NCBI GenBank assembly: GCA_016202565.1
Contig: JACQOK010000197.1
Location: 1-40,722 of the forward strand
DNA: 40,722 nucleotides
From: Betaproteobacteria bacterium
Lineage (GTDB): Bacteria > Pseudomonadota > Gammaproteobacteria > Burkholderiales > SG8-41
Direction: 5' to 3'
Part shown: piece after piece, positions 1 to 9,459 of the stretch
Layout: every line of letters starts with the position of its first letter
Position numbering within the stretch: the stretch's first letter is position 1
Position numbers and translations under genes: made by a program
The notes under the pieces: generated by a model
The model's input: only the letters and a program-made list of their open reading frames with translations
Databases searched by the model: none
What the model was told of the DNA's origin: nothing

Positions 1-860
1 AGCGAGAGATCGAGCCTCTTCGCCTTGTAGAGCAGCGCACGAAGATCCTTGGGCAGACACGAGCCACCGAAAGCAAAACCCGGCTTCAGATAGTAGGCAG
101 AGAGGTTGAGCTTGGTGTCCTGGCAGAAGATGTCCATCACCCGATGGGCATCCACGTCCAGCGCCTTGCAGATGTTGCCGATCTCGTTCGCAAAGCCGAC
201 TTTGAGGGCGTGCCACGCATTGTCTGCGTATTTCACCATCTCGGCGGTTTCGATATCGACGCGGACGAGCGGGCCCGGCACGTGGGCATAGAGGCTCGCC
301 AGCAGGTCGCCGCTTGCGCGGTTCAACTCGCCGATGACCGTCTTTGGCGGACGATCGTAATCCTGCACGGCGGTCCCCTCACGCATGAATTCCGGGTTGA
401 CGCAGACGCCGAACTCGACGCCGGCACGCTTTCCGGAGCGCACTTCGAGCGTCGGGATCACCACCTCATGCATGGTGCCGGGCAGCAGCGTGCTGCGCAT
501 CGCCACCACCGGCGCCCCCTGATGCTCCCGCAGCGCCGTCCCTATCTGCTCGCACACGCGCTGCACGTATTGAAGATCGATGCCTCCGTTACGCAAGCTG
601 GGGGTGCCTACGCAAATGAGCGACAGGTCCGAGTGCTGGACCGCAGCGGTGACATCGGTAGTCGCGCACAAGCGGCCCGCCGCAGCCTCCCGTTCAATGA
701 TTTCCGCCAGTCCCGGCTCGATGATCGGCGCCTTGCCGCTATTGATAAGATCGACCTTCAGCCGGTCGGTATCGACGCCGATGATTTCGTGACCGTCCCT
801 GGCCAGACAGGCGGCCGAGACCGCCCCCACGTAGCCGAGACCCATCACACTGATTTTCAT
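1..860 (-). CDS. algD: GDP-mannose 6-dehydrogenase-like nucleotide-sugar dehydrogenase (3' end runs off the window; absent from the ORF track)
   Basis: Manual minus-strand translation from ATG at 860 gives MKISVMGLGYVGAVSAACLARDGHEIIGVD (Rossmann motif). Near the left edge it reads DIFCQDTKLNLSAYYLKPGFAFGGSCLPKDLRAL, the catalytic GGSCLPKD in an AlgD-like context. GGAG RBS lies upstream. Confidence 0.85.
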   Translation of the reverse strand, partial: MKISVMGLGYVGAVSAACLARDGHEIIGVDTDRLKVDLINSGKAPIIEPGLAEIIEREAAAGRLCATTDVTAAVQHSDLSLICVGTPSLRNGGIDLQYVQRVCEQIGTALREHQGAPVVAMRSTLLPGTMHEVVIPTLEVRSGKRAGVEFGVCVNPEFMREGTAVQDYDRPPKTVIGELNRASGDLLASLYAHVPGPLVRVDIETAEMVKYADNAWHALKVGFANEIGNICKALDVDAHRVMDIFCQDTKLNLSAYYLKPGFAFGGSCLPKDLRALLYKAKRLDLS

Positions 861-1352
861 GCTCTACGCTCCAAGGGGCGTGAACCCGATCTGGCAATGC
901 GGCGGTCCACCAGCGGGAAAAGCGCCTGAGCCACGCCGGCTTAGCCTGCAGTCGTGACAGAAAATGGCGACCACAACCGAAGAATGGCGGACTATGTTGA
1001 CATCGGTGCCGTGCCTCGGGACGCGCTCATAGTCCGGTCAGATCAACGTACGCCCACGCTTCTCGGCGTGCCGTGCGGGCTCAAAGGCAGATAGGGCAGT
1101 CGCTTCTAATCTCGCAAGTAGACTCCCAACCGAGACACCGCAACTCGCCGCGCCACGGATCGAACGGTGGCACCTGCCGTCCGGCCTGATGGAGAACCAT
1201 AAGCCGGATGGCTCAATCGTTTAGCCCTTCTTGTTACTTCAAGCACAGCTAGGATTGCTTCCCATGACAGGCTCATGCACCCCACACCGGTCAGACGTGT
1301 AGCTGGCACCCTGCAAGCGTGTTCCTGCTGACCACGCCATATCGGCAATACG

Positions 1353-2510
1353 ATGAAGATCTGCTTCCTCGGATTCGACAATCTGCCCGTGCTCGCGCCT
1401 GAATACAGGCAATACCGCATCGGCGGTGAATCGGTCCAGCAAACCCTCCTCGCGCGGGCATTGGCGCGCCGAGGTCACGATGTATCGATGGTTGTATTGG
1501 ACTGCGGCCAAACGGACGGCGCACAGTGGGACGGAATACGGGTTTTCAAGGCTTACCGCCCCGAAGCCGGGGTACCGGTTCTCCGCTTCATCCATCCTCG
1601 GTGGACGGCTACATGGTCTGCCCTGGCACGGGCCGATGCCGACATTTACTACACGAGCTGCGCGGGCATGCACGTAGGCCTGCTAGGGTCGTTCTGCCGG
1701 CGCTTTCGCAAGCGCTTCGTTTTTCGCACCGCAAGCGATGCAGACTGTGACAAGTCGCGAGTGCGTGTATTCGTACGTTTTGCGCGCGACCGCTGGCTCT
1801 ACGCACGGGGTCTTCGACAGGCGCATGCGATCCTCGTGCAAGGCGTGTCGCAGGCGGAGACCATGGCACGCAGTTTTCGTCTGGCGTCTCGAGTCGCGCG
1901 GATGTTGGTGGAAAGGCCGCTCACAAACGGCACCAAGGACATCGACGTGCTGTGGGTGGGCAATATCAAGCGAGTGAAGAGGCCTGACCGCGTACTCGAG
2001 CTCGCCGGGAATTTGCCGGAACTGCGGATCCATATGGTGGGAGGGGAAAGCCGCGGCGAGGAAGCGCTTTTCCGGGACTTTGCGCATTCGGTTACGGCCC
2101 GCCCCAATGTAGTGTTTCATGGGCGCCTGCCGTACGGGGACACCAATCGGCTGTACGACCGGGCGAGACTGCTGGTCAATACCTCCGACGTAGAGGGATT
2201 TCCCAACGTGTACCTGCAGGCCTGGGTGCGCGGCATGCCCGTGGTGACGTTGATCGATCCCGACGGGGTTATCGCGAGGGAACGGCTTGGTGTTGCCGTA
2301 AATTCCTCCGCTTCCATTCCCGACGCCGTGAAATCCCTGCTGGAGCACCCCGCCGCGTGGCAGGCGGCAAGCGATCGTTGCCGCGCGTTCATGGACAGGG
2401 AATACGGCGAAGACAACGTTCTCGCGCATTACCTTGAGACGTTCTCAGACGTGATGCGCCTGAACGCCGTCGACGGCAGAGTACTTGTGGAGAGCGGACG
2501 CCATGTATAA
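1353..2510 (+). CDS. Glycosyltransferase family 4 (GT-B)
   Basis: N-terminal IGGESVQQTLLARALARRGHDV and C-terminal EGFPNVYLQAW...GMPVV motif. Confidence 0.9.
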   Translation: MKICFLGFDNLPVLAPEYRQYRIGGESVQQTLLARALARRGHDVSMVVLDCGQTDGAQWDGIRVFKAYRPEAGVPVLRFIHPRWTATWSALARADADIYYTSCAGMHVGLLGSFCRRFRKRFVFRTASDADCDKSRVRVFVRFARDRWLYARGLRQAHAILVQGVSQAETMARSFRLASRVARMLVERPLTNGTKDIDVLWVGNIKRVKRPDRVLELAGNLPELRIHMVGGESRGEEALFRDFAHSVTARPNVVFHGRLPYGDTNRLYDRARLLVNTSDVEGFPNVYLQAWVRGMPVVTLIDPDGVIARERLGVAVNSSASIPDAVKSLLEHPAAWQAASDRCRAFMDREYGEDNVLAHYLETFSDVMRLNAVDGRVLVESGRHV

Positions 2511-3543
2511 AACGCCCTTTATCATTACGATCGATACCGAAGGCGACAATCTCTGGGCGAAACCACGAGAGATTACCACTGAGAACGCGGCATATTTGCC
2601 GCGTTTTCAGGCGCTCTGCGAGCGTTTTCAATTCAAACCGGTCTACCTTGCCACATATGAGATGGCGACCTGCGACGTGTTCGTTGAGTTCGCACGCGAC
2701 GTCGCTGCGCGTGGCGCCGGTGAAATCGGCATGCATCTGCACGCCTGGAACTCTCCGCCGCTCTACGCGCTGACCGACGACGATTTCCACTATCAGCCCT
2801 ACCTTATCGAATATCCCGCTCCGGTAATGAAGGAGAAGATCAAGACGCTCACCCGACTGCTGGAAGATCGGTTCGATCAGCAAATGGTCAGCCATCGTGC
2901 CGGTCGGTGGGCTTTCGATGGCCGTTACGCATCGATGCTGCTTGATGCCGGGTATCGCGTGGACTGTTCGGTCACACCCGGTGTCGACTGGAGCGGGAAT
3001 CCGGGTGCGCCCGGCCGAAAGGGCGGCTCCGACTTTACGCACTTTCCCCATCGACCCTACTTCTTTTCGCCCACCGACATCTCCCAACCGGCAAACGGTG
3101 CGCTTCTTGAAGTGCCGATGACCATCCGCTTAGGCCTCCTTTACCGGAAACTGCCCCACGCCTATCGCCTTCCGCTCGTGCGCTGGGCGGCCAAGAAGAT
3201 TTCACCGGCGCCCCGATGGTTATGCCCGACGCCTCTTCACGAAAGGCATAACCTCCATGCAATGCTGGAACTGGCGCGCCGCAAGCGGGTGGCCGGCGCG
3301 AGTCACATGGAGTTCATGCTGCACTCTTCGGAGCTCATGCCCGGCGGCAGTCCTGCTTATCGCACCCGCTCGGATATCGATCGCCTGTATGAGCACCTGA
3401 ACATGCTCTTCGAGGAACTTGCGGAATGGTGCCGTGGAGTGACGCTGAAGGAATTTGATGCGGACCTGCGCAGCTCGCTGGCATCAACGACGTCGTATAT
3501 CGGCGGAGGCGGGCACCTGCTGCGAACGCCAGCCCCGGTCTAA
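2503..3543 (+). CDS. Polysaccharide deacetylase-like protein (WalW/CE4-like)
   Basis: FIITIDTEGDN, EIGMHLHAW, SHRAGRW and DCSVTP motifs. ATG at 2503 overlaps the upstream stop. Confidence 0.8.
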   Translation: MYKTPFIITIDTEGDNLWAKPREITTENAAYLPRFQALCERFQFKPVYLATYEMATCDVFVEFARDVAARGAGEIGMHLHAWNSPPLYALTDDDFHYQPYLIEYPAPVMKEKIKTLTRLLEDRFDQQMVSHRAGRWAFDGRYASMLLDAGYRVDCSVTPGVDWSGNPGAPGRKGGSDFTHFPHRPYFFSPTDISQPANGALLEVPMTIRLGLLYRKLPHAYRLPLVRWAAKKISPAPRWLCPTPLHERHNLHAMLELARRKRVAGASHMEFMLHSSELMPGGSPAYRTRSDIDRLYEHLNMLFEELAEWCRGVTLKEFDADLRSSLASTTSYIGGGGHLLRTPAPV

Positions 3544-3613
3544 GATGGGTATGGTAATGACCCGCCACAAAGGCCGGCTTCAGCTCTGGACAGAACGTAC
3601 GTGATCGCCTGAT

Positions 3614-4969
3614 ATGCGGGACCTCCGTGACATCAAGAAGGGACTTTTCTTCCAGCTTCGCCATGTAGTGCGGAACAACTGGGTGTGCAAGTCCCGTATG
3701 GCAAGCCTTCAATCAAACGAACGGTTGCCGGCGGCACAACTCGATATCCTCCAAGAGCAGTTATTGCGTTCAACGTTGGAAAGCGCACGGCGACGCATTC
3801 CTGCCTATCGCGCGCTGCGCCTGCCAGAGAGAAACTTGAGAAGGCACCTTCAGGAATTGCCCATCATTTCGAAGAACGACCTGCTGACACGCCGGCGGGA
3901 ATTCTATCCAGTGCCCGGCCTGGAGCGCGCCTGGTCCATCAAAGGGATGACCAGCGGCACCACCGGCACGCCTTTGAAAATACTTCGCAGCCTCGATTCG
4001 GTTATCTGGGAGAACGCGTTCCTGCAGCGCCATTGGGCGTGGTCAGGCTACAAGCCCGGAATGAGAAGAGCAACCTTGCGGGGTGATGCCATTGCTCCGG
4101 TGGAGCAGACGTCCCCACCGTTCTGGTTCTTCAATCGAGCGGACAATCAACTGTTGCTGTCATCTCGTCATCTGCGGCCTCCTTACATCGATCAGATCAT
4201 TTCCCGGATACGCGCTTTCCGGCCTCATCTTCTCCAGGCCTATCCCTCCACTGCCTTCGAATTGGCTTCCTACGTGCAACGAAAGGGGGAGCGTCTCGAC
4301 ATACCATTTGTGTATACGGGCTCGGAAATGCTCTATCCCTACCAGCGCGAAGTCATATCCTCAGCCCTGAATACCCGCATCATGGATTTCTATGGCATGG
4401 CAGAACGAGTGGCATTTGCGACCGAGTGCGAATATGGCCGCTATCACGTCAATTCCGAATATTCCTATGTCGAAATTGTCGATGACACGGGACAAGCGAC
4501 TCGCGACGAGGGATATGTCGTAGGCACCACATTTCATAACCACACTATGCCGCTGGTTCGATATCGACTTTCGGACCGCTCGCGCTGGCTGGACGGAGCG
4601 TGTCCCTGCGGCCGAACCTATCCCCTGATCGAGCCGGTCGCGGGCAAATTCGAGGACGTGGTGCTAGGAAGCGCCGGTCACCCCATTAGTCCATCGATTG
4701 TCACGTTTGCTTTCAAGGGATTGCAGCACATAGAAAAGTCCCAGGTCGCGCAGGTCGGCGACGGGGTCTGGGAGATTCGGGTCGTATCGGGTCCGGGTTT
4801 CACTGCAGAAGATCGCGCCGCACTGGTCAACAACATACATGCCATGGTGGACCCCGGCCTCGCTGTAAGGATCGTCGAACGTGCGGACATTCCACGCACG
4901 GCCTCCGGCAAGTATCGCTGGGTGATCAATGAGTGGAAATCAAACCCGTACGGTGAGATCAACAGGTGA
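3614..4969 (+). CDS. Phenylacetate-CoA ligase / CapK-like adenylate-forming protein
   Basis: TSGTTGTP P-loop, YGMAE, MPLVRYRLSD and IPRTASGKYR motifs. Confidence 0.85.
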   Translation: MRDLRDIKKGLFFQLRHVVRNNWVCKSRMASLQSNERLPAAQLDILQEQLLRSTLESARRRIPAYRALRLPERNLRRHLQELPIISKNDLLTRRREFYPVPGLERAWSIKGMTSGTTGTPLKILRSLDSVIWENAFLQRHWAWSGYKPGMRRATLRGDAIAPVEQTSPPFWFFNRADNQLLLSSRHLRPPYIDQIISRIRAFRPHLLQAYPSTAFELASYVQRKGERLDIPFVYTGSEMLYPYQREVISSALNTRIMDFYGMAERVAFATECEYGRYHVNSEYSYVEIVDDTGQATRDEGYVVGTTFHNHTMPLVRYRLSDRSRWLDGACPCGRTYPLIEPVAGKFEDVVLGSAGHPISPSIVTFAFKGLQHIEKSQVAQVGDGVWEIRVVSGPGFTAEDRAALVNNIHAMVDPGLAVRIVERADIPRTASGKYRWVINEWKSNPYGEINR

Positions 4970-5170
4970 TTTCACTGCGCAGGACGAGATCGCCCACAAG
5001 CGAGGCGCGCCAGGCGATGACGGGTGCGGGCACCTTGCGGTCGAAGCGCCGCGAAACCCACCCAAGAATGGGCGCTGTGCAGCCGCAATAGACGTGTATG
5101 CAGGCGGCCCGTTCACCCAGGCCTTCATACTCCGTATAACTGGTAATTACCCGAACGGGAGTGGTCTCCG

Positions 5171-6064
5171 ATGAAAAGACAGCTTGTTCGTTGCACTTCG
5201 AAGATATGTTTCTTCGTTGGCATCTTCCTGATATCAGCGAACACGGTGGGATTACTCACCTCACTGCGGAACGATGAGATTTTTCTTGAGAAGAACGTGC
5301 TTTTCGAGCAAGACATCACGCTGAGCGCAAAGCAGGTCTACGCGGCTATCAATGCTCCTGCAGCCGATAAGAAGTCCTACTTCAACGTATTAACCCACGC
5401 AATAAACAAAGGGATTGCGCACTATTGGCTCGATGAGGGAATCGATAAATATAACCTCCGTATCCCGTTTTCTGAAAACTATCTTCTGTTTATTACAAGT
5501 TTCATCATACCGCAATACTACAGGAAGTACGAGCTTAGAGATTACCGGCTGGCGATAGAACGTGGGGTGGGATTGTGCTCTCAGCATGCGATCATAGTTG
5601 CGGAAATATTGAAGGAGAAGGGAATCGAGTCTGGAATAATGACCCTGCCGGATCATGTTATTGCCATCGCCCGTGTTGACGATGGAAGGAACGAATGGTG
5701 GGTCTTGGACGCCGATTATGGAGTTGTCCTCCCGCACGGCCCCGAGGAGATCAAGAAGACGCCGGACATCATCGCCCCCTATTACCGGAGCCGGGGATAC
5801 GACGAGCGCACTATTGCGACTCTGACATCGAACTATGGAAAGAAAGGAAAAGTGTATCTCGACGGGGCGAAGAATTATGGGTCAAAGATATACTGGGCAG
5901 AGGCCGCTACGTACATCCTGGTTTGGATAATCCCCGGCCTGTTGATGATTCCCTTGATCGTTGCTGCCGGAACCCGGAAAAAGCTCCGCGCGGGCAGCGG
6001 CTATTTCACCGGACGCCGAACCGCCAGCGGGGCCGAATGCTACGGAAGTTCCACGCCGGGATAG
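5171..6064 (+). CDS. Membrane protein with transglutaminase-like (Cys-His-Asp) domain
   Basis: Hydrophobic N- and C-terminal segments flank GLCSQHA...DHVIA...WWVLDADYG. Visibly AT-richer than its neighbours. Confidence 0.6.
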   Translation: MKRQLVRCTSKICFFVGIFLISANTVGLLTSLRNDEIFLEKNVLFEQDITLSAKQVYAAINAPAADKKSYFNVLTHAINKGIAHYWLDEGIDKYNLRIPFSENYLLFITSFIIPQYYRKYELRDYRLAIERGVGLCSQHAIIVAEILKEKGIESGIMTLPDHVIAIARVDDGRNEWWVLDADYGVVLPHGPEEIKKTPDIIAPYYRSRGYDERTIATLTSNYGKKGKVYLDGAKNYGSKIYWAEAATYILVWIIPGLLMIPLIVAAGTRKKLRAGSGYFTGRRTASGAECYGSSTPG

Positions 6065-6151
6065 AACATCGTGCCTTTCCTCTTTCCGGTCAGGTCGCCG
6101 TCATCGTGGGTGTAATACCAGCCGAATCATCCGTCAAAGCGGCCAGATCGC

Positions 6152-8158
6152 TCAGGTGATAGTGCTCGTTGCGGCGCCCGCGGCCGAACAGCTGATTTCA
6201 CTGCGCAGCACGGCTGCGCCCGTGACACGGCACCGCCACACAACAGTGGACGTTGGCTGCCTCTCGTCGAAGCGTCTCGAGACCCAGCCGAGGATGGGCG
6301 CCACACTGCCGCAATAGACGCTCTGCTCCGCTTCCTCCATCTGCGGAGGCGTGAGGCGGACAAGTGTGCTTCCGTGGCGAATGGTGTAACCGGGCGGCGT
6401 CTGCTCGACGCGACACCGCTCGCTGCAGTGAAAGAACAACTCGATCGTATGCGTGCCTTTCATCTCCAGGATGTCCTCGATGGCGATACGGCGCGCCTGC
6501 TTGTCGAGCGTGATGCGCCGCCGGTGTAGGACCGGGTCGTCGAGTCGCAGATAGCCGTCATGCCAGCCCTCGAACGCGTCCCTGTCCGATTCACTCGACC
6601 AGAGCGTGCAGCCGGCGCGCGCCTTTCTCACCCACATGAAATTGCCGCCGGATCGCGACTGATCCACCCCATCGATGCGCACCGTATTGTGAGCCGCGGT
6701 GCCGCGGAAGTAAACCCGCCATGCCTCCTGCGTGTGATACGCATAAGTCCCCGGGTCGATGAAAAACTCTGCACCGCCGACCGATAGCCAGAACCCGAGC
6801 GCGTCGGCATGCCCGTGCGCCGCGATCGTCTGGTAACCCAGCGGCCCGGCGTCGGCAATGAGACGAATTTCGTCGGGCGTCTCGAAGTCGCATCCGAGGA
6901 TGTAGTAGCCGCCCTCGGGAAATGCTTGCCTTACCGGGAGCCGCGCGTGCGACGTGTCCAGGCTGCCGAATGTGGCGTCGGCATCGTCGATGAGCCAACG
7001 TGTCCTATCATCGAGAACTCCGGCCTTCTTCCCGAAGTCACCGCGGTGAAAGAGCAGCGCACCGGTTGCGAGGACTGAACGATAGCCGCAGAATTCCGGA
7101 CGGTGGTCGAGCTGAAGCACGCCAGCGTCGTCGGCATCACCGATCATGGCTACGTTGCCTTCCACATCCATGATCGATGCCAGATACTCGAGCATCGCCT
7201 CAAGGCGCGAGCGGAACACTGGCGAAAACTCCTCGCCATTCGCTCTCGCAGCGAGCCAGCATAGCAGCAGAAGCTCGAGCACGAAGCGCTGGTACGACAC
7301 CGCCTGCTCCAGGTTTACACCATCCGGCGAGTTCTGCAGCAGGATCTCCCGTTCCAGGATGTCTTTCGCTACCCTCTGCCAGACACGCGCCTGCGGCCAG
7401 CACGGCCAGGTAAGCGCAGCAATAAAGAGTCCTGCCGCTTCCCCGATGAGGTGATTGTTGGCTGACGAATAACGCGAGAAGTGTCCGTAGACGAAACGTG
7501 CATGCTGAAAGACTGATTGCAGCCACCGCTCCCTGAACGACATGCATGCGGAATCCATAAAGAGCGGCGAGCCTGCGCCGCCGAGAAGCTGCCATGCTGC
7601 GGACCAGCTGATCAGCCTCAACGCGACTTCAAGCGCGCTCGACCAGTTCGCCCCCCTCCCGTACGGACAAGCGGCGATCCAACTCTGCAGATGTTCTCGG
7701 ATGACGTCGAAATACCGTGCCTCGCCGCTTACGGCATAAGCCTGCGCGAGCGTGACGAGATGCGCGTGACGATTGGGTTCCCACAAGTATTTGATATCGC
7801 CCACCAGCCGCGCATCACGGTAGTCGAGCAACTTGCCGAAATGCAGTGGCGCCTCGACGCCGGTCTTGGGATCGCGGTTCCAGCGCGGTGGATTACCCAG
7901 TTCAACGCTGCGCAGGGCGAAGATATCGAAGCGCCCGGATGCGATGCGATCCGCGGCCTTCAGACAGGGTCCGGCATCCACCTGCGCTGGCGCACGGATC
8001 CAGGGGCGAGCATCGGTGATGGTCGGTGGCGGCACGACCGGGAAGGCCGCGAGCCCGCGGCGCTCGGCCCGCATCGCCACTGCACGCGCCGTCCGATGGC
8101 ACATTTCCGCCGGCGTCATGCAATAGAGCCGGTTGAGGTACCACAGCCCCCGCTTCAT
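6152..8158 (-). CDS. Heparinase II/III-like (polysaccharide lyase fold) protein
   Basis: GDIKYLWEPNRH, SANNHLIGE, EQAVSYQ, AHGHADAL, DPGTYAY and RGTAAHNT motifs. Likely start MKRGLWYLNRL at 8158. No signal peptide evident. Confidence 0.85.
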   Translation of the reverse strand: MKRGLWYLNRLYCMTPAEMCHRTARAVAMRAERRGLAAFPVVPPPTITDARPWIRAPAQVDAGPCLKAADRIASGRFDIFALRSVELGNPPRWNRDPKTGVEAPLHFGKLLDYRDARLVGDIKYLWEPNRHAHLVTLAQAYAVSGEARYFDVIREHLQSWIAACPYGRGANWSSALEVALRLISWSAAWQLLGGAGSPLFMDSACMSFRERWLQSVFQHARFVYGHFSRYSSANNHLIGEAAGLFIAALTWPCWPQARVWQRVAKDILEREILLQNSPDGVNLEQAVSYQRFVLELLLLCWLAARANGEEFSPVFRSRLEAMLEYLASIMDVEGNVAMIGDADDAGVLQLDHRPEFCGYRSVLATGALLFHRGDFGKKAGVLDDRTRWLIDDADATFGSLDTSHARLPVRQAFPEGGYYILGCDFETPDEIRLIADAGPLGYQTIAAHGHADALGFWLSVGGAEFFIDPGTYAYHTQEAWRVYFRGTAAHNTVRIDGVDQSRSGGNFMWVRKARAGCTLWSSESDRDAFEGWHDGYLRLDDPVLHRRRITLDKQARRIAIEDILEMKGTHTIELFFHCSERCRVEQTPPGYTIRHGSTLVRLTPPQMEEAEQSVYCGSVAPILGWVSRRFDERQPTSTVVWRCRVTGAAVLRSEISCSAAGAATSTIT

Positions 8159-8248
8159 CGCGCGAGCGATGGAAGACGCCGGCGAATGCCAGTCCGCATC
8201 GAGAATGACGTGCTTGAGCATGTCGCCAGGGAGCCTGAGTCGCCCGGA

Positions 8249-9328
8249 TTATGTGAGTGCGGCCTGGGGTCGTGCCCTCGCGTCCTGCCGTGATCGTCCC
8301 GGCTGTAGATTCGCCACATACCAGTCGATCGTTTGGGCCAGGCCTGCCTCAACCCGCCACATCGGCTCATATCCGAGCAGCTGACGCGCCTTGCTGATGT
8401 CCGCCTGCGAAAAGTGCACGTCGCCCGCCCGGAACTCGCGATAGACTGGTCGCAGATCGCGCAGATGCGGGCAATGCGGTTCCAGCAGCGAACGGAGCAT
8501 CTCGAACAGCTCGCGGAGAGTTGTCCTGCCGCCCACCGCGATGTTGTATGCCTGATTGAGAGCGGCTGGCGTATCGACCGTGGCAGCCAGCATGTTCGCC
8601 TGGACAATATCATCGACGTAACAGAAATCGCGCGCCGTATGACCATCGCCGTTGATGTGGACGGGTTCGCCGCGGAGCATGCTGCCTATCCATTGCGGGA
8701 TCACTGCGGCATACGCGCCATGCGGATCCTGGCGCGCCCCGAATACGTTGAAATAACGCAGTCCGATCGCGGCCAGTCCGTAGCAGCGCGCGAAGATGTC
8801 GGCATATACCTCGTTCACGTATTTGGTCGCGGCATACGGGGAAAGCAGCCGTCCGATCCCGCCCTCGCTTTTCAGCTCCCCCGGATGATCGCCATAGACC
8901 GCGCTCGAACTGGCGTAAACGAAGCGCGATACACCGCCCTCGCGCGCAGCCATGAGCATATTGACAAATCCCGTAACATTGCTCTCATGGGCGGCGAGCG
9001 GGTCCTGTATCGAATGCGGCACGCTGCCGAGAGCGGCATGATGGAGCACGAAATCCGCCGTGCCGCAGGCCTCCCGGCATGCATCGAGCGACCGGATGTC
9101 ATCGTCGATAACACGCAGCAACCTCCACTGTTGCCTGGTGACGATATCCTTCACCTGTGCCAGGTTGTGCCGATGCCCTGTCGAAAAATTATCCAGACCC
9201 ACTACCCTCTGATTCAGCTTCAACAGGGCTTCGAGAAGATGGGAGCCGATAAACCCGGCCACGCCCGTAACGACCCACGTACGCGGCCGTGTTCGCAAGC
9301 GCTCTTGCGCACTTTCGTACTTCGTCAT
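8249..9328 (-). CDS. UDP-GlcNAc(A) 4-epimerase, WbpP/TviC-like SDR
   Basis: TGVAGFIGSHL, AALGSVPHSI, SPYAATKYVNE (YxxxK) and YFNVFGARQDP. Real start is MTKYESAQERL at 9328; the longer ORF-track N-terminus overlaps the flippase. Confidence 0.9.
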   Translation of the reverse strand: MTKYESAQERLRTRPRTWVVTGVAGFIGSHLLEALLKLNQRVVGLDNFSTGHRHNLAQVKDIVTRQQWRLLRVIDDDIRSLDACREACGTADFVLHHAALGSVPHSIQDPLAAHESNVTGFVNMLMAAREGGVSRFVYASSSAVYGDHPGELKSEGGIGRLLSPYAATKYVNEVYADIFARCYGLAAIGLRYFNVFGARQDPHGAYAAVIPQWIGSMLRGEPVHINGDGHTARDFCYVDDIVQANMLAATVDTPAALNQAYNIAVGGRTTLRELFEMLRSLLEPHCPHLRDLRPVYREFRAGDVHFSQADISKARQLLGYEPMWRVEAGLAQTIDWYVANLQPGRSRQDARARPQAALT

Positions 9329-9459
9329 CCGGGTATTGTCGGATGCCGGAGTATCACTGGTATGAGGGCGACGTGCTCCATATGGACTGTCAGCGTCCGG
9401 CGCATCGCTTCCGTCCGGCTTCCCGCATCCTGACCCTCTCATTCGCTGCCGCGCTTCGC

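Noticed and set aside
144-929. 261-aa plus-strand ORF
   Set aside because: Antisense shadow of the algD-like gene, with no recognisable motifs.
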